Assembly: GCA_904063045.1 (NCBI GenBank)
Contig: CAJFCJ010000001.1
Coordinates: 1,364,001-1,428,000, forward strand
Direction of reading: 5' to 3'
Source: Dimorphilus gyrociliatus
Lineage: Eukaryota > Animalia > Annelida
Length of the DNA: 64,000 nt
Shown here: positions 14,698-25,534 of the stretch, one piece after another
How the letters are laid out: each line of letters starts with the position of its first letter
How positions within the stretch are numbered: the first letter of the stretch is position 1
Translations under genes and position numbers: made by a program
Notes under the pieces: model-generated
Seen by the model: only the letters and a program-made list of their open reading frames with translations
Databases searched by the model: none
What the model was told of the DNA's origin: nothing

Positions 14698-16801
14698 ATG
14701 TCTGAGCGAAGTTTAGAGCAAGGTGAAGTTATGAGTAGTCCGGAGTCTTCTAGCTCCTCAAGCCATCGTTCAAATCATAGTGAAGGTTTATCAATTCAGC
14801 CACCCCAATATCGAAAGCACAGGCATAAACACAAAAAAAATTATCGTGAAAGTAGATATGAACATCGGGAAAGAAAGGAAAAGCCGTCTTTGCAAAGCAC
14901 CTTATCCAGATCGTCAGATTCAAGGCACAGCGAACACGGATCAAGAAAGGAGAGATCACTGAAGGAGAGGTATGTACCTATATACGAAAAAGATTTATGG
15001 AAAATTCCATCTTTTGCTTTTATCTTAAGGGAACGATTGGAAACAGCCGAAAGAGATCGATTAAGGAAAGAAAAAGACAAAAAAAGCAGATATCGTTCTA
15101 GAGAAAAAGAGAAACGTGATCACGACAGATATTCAGAAGATAGCTCTTACGGTAAACGACCAAGGAGTAGGACGCCTAAACTTAGAAAATATAGGCAAGA
15201 TGATGAAATCATGGAGCATAAAGACACCGAAGAAAAAGTTGAAGAATTCGAAGACGATGATGAGATGGAAAATGAGCTGGAAAAAGCTTTTAAAGATGCA
15301 GAGAAAAAAAGTAAACAAAGTAAGAAGCTTTCTGTATGAATTTCAACCTAAAATTTAATATTTTTTAGAATTTGAACAAGAGTCCGAATTCAGCGATGAA
15401 AGTAGGTCAAGAGTACGACGTATTTCAAAATCAGGACGCGTTAAATCGAAATTTGAAGATTCTTCATCGAGTTCCTCGCCATCTTCGGATTCTTCATCGT
15501 CACCTGAAAGCAGTAAGGAGGCTGAAAAGCCCAAAAAAGTTGAACGCCGAGATACTTCTTCAGGAGGTGAGGAAGAAAGTCCGATTGAAGATGATGGATT
15601 TTATAGAAAAGCCAAAGAGGAGGAAGTGGAGGTAGAGGATACACCTCCTCAGTCACCTCTTGAACTCAAGGCAGAATTACCCCCTTACTTACCAGCTTTA
15701 CAGGGATGTCGAAATGTCGAAGAGTTTCACTGTCTAAATCGAATTGAAGAAGGAACCTACGGCGTGGTTTATAGGGCGAGAGATCTTAAAACAGATGAAA
15801 TTGTAGCTCTAAAACGATTAAAGATGGAAAGAGAAAAAGAAGGTTTTCCAATTACATCTTTGCGCGAAATTAACACTCTCTTGAAAGCCCAACATCCCAA
15901 TATTGTTACTGTTCGAGAAATCGTTGTTGGAAGTAATATGGACAAAATTTTTATTGTAATGGATTACGTTGAACATGACTTGAAAAGCTTGATGGAAAGC
16001 ATGAAAGAGCCATTTATCCAGGGAGAAGTAAAAACGCTTATGATTCAGCTCTTAAGCGGCGTCAATCATCTTCACGATAATTGGATAATGCACAGAGATC
16101 TTAAAACTTCCAATCTTCTTTTAAGTCATCAAGGTGTATTGAAAATAGGAGATTTTGGGTTGGCCAGAGAATTTGGTTCTCCGTTAAAAGCCTATACACC
16201 TATCGTTGTTACCCTTTGGTACAGAGCTCCTGAGTTGCTTTTACAAGATAAATTGTATACAACATCAATTGATTTATGGTCTGTCGGTTGCATTTTTGGT
16301 GAATTATTAACTAGAAAGGCTTTGTTCCCCGGAAAATCAGAAATAGATCAACTGAATAGAATTTTTAAGGATCTCGGAACACCGAATGAGAAAATTTGGG
16401 AAGGTGTTTCTCAACTTCCCGTTATGAAAAAATGTACATTTAAGACACATATATACAATGAACTAAAGAAAAAATTTGGAACCGTCTTAACTGAATGTGG
16501 ATTCGATTTGATGAATCGTTTGCTTACATATAACCCACAAAAGAGAATAACGGCAAGTGACGCTCTAAACCATCCGTACTTTCGCGAAACACCTCTACCA
16601 GTTAAAGCAAGCATGTTTCCTACATGGCCTGCTAAAAGTGAAAAAGGATCGGCAAAACGAACTAGCCACGGTAATTCTCCAAAAGCACCATCCGGCGGAA
16701 AGGCTTACGCTAAACTGGTTGGAGAAGATGAAAAACTAGAAAAAGGATTTTTTGTCGGACCTAACGAAGCAAAAGGCGCAGGCTTTTCACTTAAATTCTA
16801 A
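14698..16801 (+). CDS. CDK11: Cyclin-dependent kinase 11 (PITSLRE) with charged RE/RS-rich N-terminus, 2 coding exons
   Basis: [48 protein letters not shown]-terminal FPTWPAKSE. One intron (~15320-15368) joins the 14698 and 15626 frames. Confidence 0.97.
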
Positions 16802-16924
16802 ATCAAGTTTATTTTGTAAATAGATGAATCAATACTTATCATTGTTTTTTTGTTTTCCTATCATGAAAATAAAATTACTATATATTTCAAACATTTGAAA
16901 AGATAACCAAAAAACAAGTCTTCT

Positions 16925-16950
16925 TCTCTCTCTCTCTCTCTTTTTTTTTT
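16925..16950. repeat. (CT)n plus poly-T tract in CDK11 3' region
   Basis: Read directly. Confidence 0.75.
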
Positions 16951-17205
16951 AAATTTCTCATTTAATATTTTTTTCTAATTCAAATTTGCATGGAAAAAAA
17001 AATCATACATTTTTTTATAAAGAAAAAAAATAGGAAGATCCATATTGTTTGGGTCTTTTAAAATTAATTTTCATTTGTTTATCCATTATCTTTTCTTAGG
17101 AAAATCTATAGATTTGACATAGGCCTAGATTATTCATATTTCTGTTAGAATAATTCATAAAAGATCGTCTTATTTTTTTTTAATTAACATTAAATTTCGA
17201 AGAAG

Positions 17206-18277
17206 ATGCAAAATTATGAATTTCCATCATTAAGGAGTAGTTGTAACGATTTATTATCGTCCGTTGTTGAACCTCCTAGTTACGCGGCCAAGTTGAATCG
17301 ATCTTGCCAGGAACTTCCTATAAAAGTTAATTCGTCCGAATTTGTTATTTCGGCTGAAGATTTTCCCGAATTGAGTCGTTCAAGATCATCGAAAAAAAAG
17401 AATAAAAATTGTAGAAGAAACGAAAATTTAATAGAAAAGAAGACGACAAGATTTAGTGAAACTTTTACCAAAGTACCATTGAATATGATAAAAGACCATT
17501 ACGGTATTGCCGGCCTTCTTTCGTTCATCAGACAATCCGAACAGGATCAAGATAAAACAATATTAGCTCCTGGCGTCGAGTTAACCACTATGGGTTTAGA
17601 TATGAACTCGACAGATCTGGTTCACAGGTAGGTCTTTCTTCAATATTCAATTGTATGCAAAGCGTATTCTCGGACGCGTGACGTCTTCGGCGAAAGCGTC
17701 GCTTTAGAATTAACATAATTTTTGTGTACATACTAAATGAATTAATTAACTGATATTTATATATTTTCATAAGAAATATGCTATCGCCCTTTACAAGCTC
17801 GACCAATTGTCTTCATCGAATAGACGCAGAAGTTCCTGAAGAATATCATATTAACGAATTCATAAATGAGCATTTATCCCTAATCGATGTTGTAAGATAT
17901 GGTGTTGATGTTCTCTTTTTCCAGTTCTATTTACAGCCGGGTGACGTTATTCAAACAATTGCTGCATACGAACTCTATAGAAGGGGATGGAGATATCTGA
18001 TCAATTCTCAACTCTGGATTGCCAGGTAAAATGAATAATACTCGCAGCTTAGCCTATTTTTTGTTTATAATTGATCAGATTACCGGGAACAGAACCATAT
18101 CAAAGAACGCCATTAAGAGAACAAGGACGCTATTACGTTTTTGATCCGCAAATTTGGGAAAGAAAAATTCGCGATTTAGTCGTCGATTATGAAAATATTG
18201 ATAAGAAGCCTATAATCTATGAGGATTTTCTCAATATACCGTACTATGTTCCGGTGGTTAAACGAGACGTCATTTAA
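17206..18277 (+). CDS. Divergent, short CNOT2/NOT2-like protein (290 aa, 3 exons: 17206-17627, 17774-18025, 18079-18277)
   Basis: FVISAEDFPEL, IKDHYGIAGLLSFIR, LGLDMNS-like, IDAEVPEEY, RYGVDVLFFQFY, GDVIQTIAAYELYRRGWRY, GRYYVFDPQIWER align with the CNOT2 NOT-box region. Exon phases sum to 873 nt. Confidence 0.85.
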
Positions 18278-18469
18278 CGAATTCCCCCTTTGTAAACTTT
18301 TTTACTTTAATTGTACCTAGTGTAGTAGGCTTAAAGCATAGTATACAGTATTTAACAATACGGTAGAAAAAACCACCCTATTTTTAAGTTACCTGTCATT
18401 TGTGAAGGGTCAATTGCAAGAACAAGAACAAAATACACAGACAGATAGAAAGAGAGAGAAAGAGCGAGA

Positions 18470-19279
18470 ATGAAGATATTTAGTATTTTTATTTGTTTAA
18501 TTCCCTTCGTCTTTGTCGGTTGCGATGAGTATCCAGATAAATGCTTAGACGGACCATACCATAGAGACGAACCGGCACCTGAAACAAAAGAGTATAAGGC
18601 TTGCAAATCATTCGCACGTATGACTTGCTGTACAGTTGAACTTGCCGATATGATTCACAGAAATAATGCTAAAGAACTTTACAAAGGATTTCATTGGGAA
18701 TGGTGTGGAACTTTAAGCGAATCTTGTCAACAATTTTTAAGAGACGAAGAATGCTTTTACCAGGTAAAAATAATTTCTACTTTTCTTATTATGTTTATCC
18801 GTCATACTCTCCAAAGTTTATAGGCTTACTTTGTAAATATTTTTCACTTTCTTATTCTACAGTGTGAACCTCAATTATGGAGATTTAAAAAGACTAATAG
18901 TACAATAGCCAATGTACCTATATGTTCATCATATTGTGACGATTGGTTCAAAGCTTGTAAAAATGACAAGACATGTGTTGTGAACTGGCTGTCAGATTTC
19001 AAGTATAGCAATTCAAGCTATCAATGTCCGGACAATTCTGCTCAATGTCGAACGTTCGAAGAAGTTTATAAAGATTCTAAAGGTCTTTGTAATAAAATGT
19101 GGGGTGAGGCGTTTTTCTACGAAACTAACGAGGAGAATTGTATGAAATTTCATTACGATCCTCTAAAAGAAGATCCCAATAAGAATGTTAGACCAAAATC
19201 ATCGACAGCGAACACGACTTCTACTCCTATTGCTTCTATTGTAATCTTATTTATTTTATCTCTTAAAGTAGTCCTTTGA
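18470..19279 (+). CDS. Folate-receptor/riboflavin-binding-protein family, secreted or GPI-anchored (intron 18764-18862)
   Basis: Signal peptide; CLDGPYHRDEPAPE, TCC, FHWEWCG, CFYQ|CEPQL, NVPICSSYCDDWFKACK, TC..NW, CRTFEEVY, LCNKMWG Cys pattern; hydrophobic C-terminal tail. Confidence 0.9.
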
Positions 19280-20295
19280 AAACTGTAGAAAATATTTACT
19301 TTGATTAGAGTTTTTTTTAATGCTGACCTACGTACGTAATTCTTTCAGTGTATTCTGTATGTTTGCTCTTTTTGTCTCTAAAACTTGATTAAAAAGAAAA
19401 CATAAAGTAGTCTTTAACTAGTTATATATTAAATAGATGGTGCAGACTTTCTTCGAAAACACATCAACATATGATACAGAAGCTTGAAATAGAATATACA
19501 GAAAGGTAGAAAATACAAGAGTCTCTTTACTTTTCATGTAAAGTTGATATATACATAAAAAAAATATTTATACAGTACAACTTAAGATAGTCATATAGTT
19601 AGTTGTCTTTTATAAGATCTTACACATTCTAAACAAGACAGAAAAATTAGTTTGTCGTGGTTGTTCATATTCATTTATATAAGTTTACTATACATATATA
19701 TAATATATATATCTGTTATACAATTTATACCGAACAAAGTATGCATTTAATAGCAAAAGCAGAGGATAAGAACAGCTTCTTTCCACTAGTTTTACATCAT
19801 GAAACACTTTAAAAAAAATGAAAAAAAGCAAAATATAATAAAATTTTGTATAAGATAAAATAAAATTTCTTTTACATTATTCAACAGTTTTCAATGTAAG
19901 ACTTGAACGAATAACTAGTGAAAGTATATAGAAAAATACTTACAGTGTCTATTTTTGGGTTAAGAATGACTTAATATATTGTGTTTTCTGTTCACTTCTA
20001 ATTGAAAATTTTGGGCGAGAGGTAAGATAGTTTATTTTCAAATCTAGAAAGTATCACAATGACAAAAGAGAAGCGATTTTCATGGTAGAAAAGTTCAAAG
20101 AATAATTTGAAGAACAAATATAATATTGACTTTTGACGGGAAATGGTTAATTCCCTAAATCTAGTATTTTTTCAACAACGTTGCAATGAGAGAGTTAAGA
20201 TAACCACCATATTTATTTCTATCTAAGGCTTTAACGCGTGACGTTTAACATCTGATTTTTTTCTCATATCGCCCTAATTCATCCCCTATTCTAAT

Positions 20296-22364
20296 CTAGT
20301 TGCCAATTTGCTGTAAAAGAAGTACTTGGTCACTAACAGTCAAACTTGCTTGGGAAATTCCCATGCATTGTTGCACGTGCTGCTCGAATTCCGACTTTGA
20401 TGAATACATATAACCGCATCCACCACATTGATAATGCAAATTGGCTGATGTATAATCCGTTGTTATTTGCAAAGGTGTTTCATTAACAGCCACCTCTGAT
20501 ACAGAGTTGTCTTTTTTCATTTGTGTATATGTTACTGTTACTGGTTGACCGTACACCTCTTCTCCTGTATTTGATGTGGTTATTTCTATTGGTTTTAAGC
20601 GGGTAACTCCACTCTTATCTTGTTCAACAACGTGAACAGCTTGAATACGATCAAGTATTTGTGGATTGGGTTGCGCAACAGAGTAATTTCTTTTGTTCTT
20701 CTTCTGTGCGTCATCTGAGTGCAATAATCTGTTTGGAAGGATTTAAGATCTCATTTAGAGCAAATTTTTTTCTGGACATTTAAAGAAAATAAAGATTAAT
20801 TACATCTGTTGCAATTAGAAACCTGTTTTTAATATCCCTTGGCTGTTTTTAATAAATGGTTAATTGCAATCGTAAAAAAACCCCACAGATAAATGATAAT
20901 TATTAGATTTGCAATTAAACAATATATTAAAAGAAATATATAATCTAGGAAATCTCTTAATACTAATGTACTGATTATATTACTAACCTGCAATGAGTTC
21001 GTAAATGTGTTCGTTCTTTGAAGCATTTACCGCATTCATCGCATTGGTATGGCTTTTCTCCAGTGTGCACTCGAAGATGTCCATTCAGTCGATCCCTCCT
21101 GTGGAAACTCTTTCCACAATATTCGCATGAGAATGCTTTTTCCGTATTGTGAGCTTTCATATGTCGCCTAAGCGATGCTCTATAGCCAAATGCATTACCG
21201 CAGACTTCACAAGTAAATCGTTGATCACGATTGTGAGTATGCATATGGGCTCTAAAATCTTCGCTTCTTCTGAAGCTCTTGGCACAAAGAGCGCAGAGAT
21301 AAGGTCTCTCACCGGTATGGATACGCATATGAAGTCGCATATTTTTCTTCAGGCGAAAGAATCTGAGAAAAGCATTTAATTGTAAAATGCGCATTAAAAA
21401 ACTCCATGTTTAATTACTCACCGACTACAATGAGGGCACTGGAAAGGCTTCTCTCCTGTATGAACTGATGAATGCTCATCTAAACTTCTTTGATCTCTAA
21501 ATTGTTTACTGCAAACAGCGCACGAAAAATTCTTGACGGGTTCGTGTATTATAAGATGACGATCCAAAACTGAACGTTTACTAATAAGTCACAAAAAAGA
21601 TATAATGACATTGTGTCTTTGGTTAGTGACTAAGAACTTACTTGAATGTTTTTCCACATTCAGAACACTCGAAAGCTCGTTGTTTATGCTGAGCTATCCT
21701 ATGTTTCCTCAATTTGGCGTGTGATGTAAACGTTTCTTCACATTCCTCGCATTTGTGCATTTTAACTTCCGGTCTAATTTTTTTCGTCGGAGTCTGCAAT
21801 TATATGTGAAAATAAATTTTTGAATTAAATTGTGCATCTCTTGCTGTATGTTTTGTAAGTCCTGCCATCGTTCGTTTATAAATGTTGACAAACATGAGCA
21901 ATAAAATAAATATTGGTTCGCTCTATTTTACCATACAATAGAAACTCAATATTAATTTATTAAATATGTACAGAAATATTTGGGCTTATCGTTTAATTAA
22001 AATAGAATCGCCGCATGTTTCAGTGATATTTTACGCTTAACCAAACATTTCTTAAGACAAAATAAGTACTGAAATGTCTAACCTTTTCACCGTCCTCTTC
22101 ATTTTCTTTTTCAAAAATTGAATTATCTAACACTTCATTTTTAATCATAACGGCTCCAATTTCTTCTGGCTCATCGTTCTTTTCTTCAGCTTCTTCGTTA
22201 TTTACATGTTTAGTTATTTGAATGACAAAGTCCTCCCCACCAACTGATAATTTGACTACTGCATCCATTTTAAAGTCAGGTGATTCTGTTAGTTTCTGTC
22301 GACATAACTTTGTCACTTGTTCCGTTATAGAATCGCAAAGATCCTGTTTGGATTCTTGATTCAT
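20296..22364 (-). CDS. Multi-C2H2 zinc-finger transcription factor (~10 fingers) with an unassigned N-terminal domain, 5 coding exons
   Basis: HTGEKPF/HTGERPY/HTGEKPY linkers. Spliced frames DGEK|TPTKK..GKTFN|KRSVLDRH..CSR|FFRLKKNMR..THCR|LLHSDD. An isolated terminal finger CGGC..H..C follows. Confidence 0.9.
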
Positions 22365-22879
22365 CTTCGCAATCAAACTGAAAGAGGATAGGAATCAGTT
22401 TTTTATTCCCTGATATAAATGTAAAATGATGGAAACTGTTGAGGTATTTCCCGGTTTGTTAGTGATGAAAATGTACTACAATAGATGCTGAACAAATAAT
22501 TAAATTTTTTGAGACTATGCCTACCTATTTATAGGACGATAGTAATTTATGCATAACATTCTTTACTACTACAGTAGTAAGCTAACGATTATCAATCATA
22601 AAGAGGTCTCATAGGTCCTATAACATTTTTTCACCGATTATTCAGCAAATATGCGTTCTTGTATATTAAATAAAAAAAGAATATGTCCTATTTGTTTATA
22701 AATTTCGAACGATTGATTAGCTAAAGCTTCGAATAAAAAATTTTAGGAAATTTTTCATCGATTTCTTATAGAACAAAAAAGAACAAAAGACTAAGCAAAC
22801 AGGTTTAATGGTGGAGACCAAAATATGACTATCAACGGAAAACACTCGAATATTAGTTCAAATAAAGACTTGTTCCAAA

Positions 22880-23430
22880 AGTCTGTATGAAAGGTATATT
22901 TGTTTACCAGGAAAAGCACCACATTAAATTGCTGAAGAAATTGTACGCCGAGCCACTTTTTGTTCGGCACGAACCAACTTCCGTAGCAGCGCTTATTACC
23001 AACATTTACTCACATCAAATTAAACAAATGCCTTACATTTTGATATCAATTTATACATTAAAACCTACTCCACCTTTATGTGATAATAAAAATATTCGAT
23101 TCTTAGGGAATTGTAGAAAAAAACGACGGTATTTAAATGTCTGAAAAGGTACCTGGTACGCTATTCCAAAACGGATATGACATCACGAACCACGCGTCGT
23201 TAAGTAAACTGGTTCTATGTTTTCGTAAAAATCGTTGTGTTTTCAAGCAAAAATTTGACGCGGAACTTATAGCCATACTATCACGTGATAATGTGGAGTA
23301 TATTTCCAAATTCATAATGAGGTTTATGTTTATTGATGAGGCCAGATGCCGTACTAAGTTAAGGTTCAAGGTCATTAGAAGATACAAACAATATTCTATT
23401 TTGCGCTGCAATTGATTAGAATATAGTTGT
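22880..23430. mobile_element. Possible non-autonomous repeat / decayed element in the ZF-MARCHF5 divergent region
   Basis: Visibly more GC/CpG-rich than the flanks. Contains a 7-bp hairpin (22947-22968), palindrome TATCACGTGATA (23279-23290) and a TGACCTTGAACC motif on the minus strand. No recognisable protein homology and no termini identified. Confidence 0.25.
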
Positions 23431-23563
23431 TACTATTTTGTCAACTGAAATTATTCATGTGGATTGCTATTTAAAATACTTGACTTGAAAATATATTTTA
23501 ATAGACTTTTAAGGAGATATTCTTGTGCCTTCAGTCAGCAACGTGCGAGGTATTGTTTTAGAC

Positions 23564-25154
23564 ATGAATAATTCGTCTGTAACAACCAAAGTTCGTAACG
23601 AAGAGAGGCAGTAAGTTTTTGATTTTTTATATCGTCTTTATGCTATAGTAATGACAATAATTGTGTTTAGTAAATTTTGTTGGGTTTGTTATGGAACCGA
23701 AGAAGATGATACAAAAGATGTACCATGGGTTCATCCATGCAAATGTAAAGGAAGTTCTAGATGGGTTCACGAACACTGTTTGCAAAGGTATTTTATAATG
23801 TTCAATATTCATCACAAGACTATTCAATCGTTCGTTTGAGTGATATCAATATAAGCTTATCATTCGATCGTATCATGTTTTCGGCGTAACAACTAAATGA
23901 TGTTTTTCTTCTATGTAGAACGTAGATGTCACAAATTTAATTTTTTATTAGAAATCGAATAATTTAAATTTTTCTATTACTTTTTAGATGGTTTGATGAA
24001 AAACAGAAAGGTCAGCCATCACGAAAAGTTTCTTGCCCTCAGTGTAACACTGAATATGTAGTTATTTTGCCAAAAGTTGGAAAATTCGTCTATGTTTTGG
24101 AATTGAGCGATAAAATTGCACAAAAATTATCACCTATTTTAGCCGGTGGAATATTTATTGGTTCGGTATATTGGACAGCGGTAACATATGGAGCAGTTAC
24201 AGTTATGCAGGTCAGTAAACATATATTTCATGCTACAAGTTTTTAATTAGATTCTGTTAATTATAAAATGAAATATATAACCATGAGAAAATATTACAGG
24301 TTTTAGGTCATAAGGAAGGCCTTAACGTGATGGAAAGTGCAGATCCCTTATTCCTCTTGATTGGCTTACCAACAATACCGCTAATGTTGGTATTAAGTAA
24401 AATGATAAAATGGGAGGATTATATTTTAAAATTGTGGAGAAAACATTCTAGTAAAATTCCTTTGTTGAATATTTTTTTGCCTGGAGGTAAACCTATTCAT
24501 TATTTTTGTTTTTTTGAAATACGTAATTACTCATTCTGATAGCAATTTGCCGCACAAACCTGTTATCACTCACTTGTGATTAACGATAGATGTATAGTTT
24601 AAAAGCGGTTTTTTTTACCTTGATCGAAAGAAAGCTGATATAAATAACACCATATATAATAACAAATAAATTCATTAAATAAATCATTTTGATTATAAAT
24701 GTGATTAAAACAAAATAGATACTGAGACAAGACAATATACAGAATATACCCCACCAATAACTGAATATCCTTTATCGGCAACTAGAGTTTTATGCGGGGC
24801 AATGGCTTTCCCAACTGTCGCAACTGTTGTTGGTAAAGCTCTATTTTCTAATGTCAACTCGAACTTCCAAAGAACATTACTGGTAACATATTTTTTATCA
24901 TTAGATGTTTTTATAAATTAAAAACTATTTTCTTTATAATGCAAATTATAACATTTTAACAAATATGTTAACAGGGTGGAATTGCTTTTGTTGCGATAAA
25001 AGGCTGTATGAAAATTTATTATAAACAACAACAGTACTTGCGACAAAGGCAGAGAAAGATACTGAATTTCGACGATGGTGATAATTCAGAAAAAAAATTA
25101 GAAAATCAAACAACACCTGAGCAAGAATCGACAACGCATGACAGTTACGGCTGA
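23564..25154 (+). CDS. MARCHF5: Mitochondrial RING-CH E3 ligase, multi-exon
   Basis: CWVCYGTEEDD, WVHPCKCKGSSRWVHEHCLQR|WFDEKQKG, VSCPQCNTEY, SVYWTAVTYGAVTVMQ, ADPLFLLIGLPTIP, SATRVLCGA, QRTLL|GGIAF, YYKQQQYLRQ; stop TGA 25152-25154. Confidence 0.97.
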
Positions 25155-25254
25155 TATCGTTGTAATTTATAAGGAAAATTGTATAATTGTTATAAATTTA
25201 TGCGATGAAAACTTTTTTGAGTCATTAACAAAAAATAAAAAGAATAGTTGTTAT

Positions 25255-25340
25255 ATATTTATATATATAGAACTATATATAAATATAAATATAAATATAT
25301 ACTGTATATATATATATTTATATATATATATATGTATATA
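25255..25340. repeat. Imperfect (TA)n tract in MARCHF5 3' region
   Basis: Read directly. It also explains the spurious 25138 ORF. Confidence 0.8.
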
Positions 25341-25534
25341 TTTTCAATTGATTGACAACGTTTTAATACAGTTATGGTATTTTTAAACTTCATCGAAACT
25401 GTTTCTGAATTTATGAATAATCCATTGTTTTTGTAAAAAAAACAAAGCCTACCAAACTCCTAAAATTATCTTGATTGACAATGTAGTTATCTAGGCTTAT
25501 GAGAAGAGACGTCAATTTTTAATATTTAAAAAAC

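Noticed and set aside
15263-16801. CDK11 p58-like internal initiation at the last Met before the kinase domain
   Set aside because: An IRES cannot be recognised from sequence, and the Met position does not clearly match the vertebrate p58 start.
17665-17710. Hammerhead ribozyme in the CNOT2-like intron (UGAC..UUCG..GAAA)
   Set aside because: The core is not CUGANGA (C3 is G, A9 missing) and the putative stem I strand is not adjacent. Kept only as a generic structured element.
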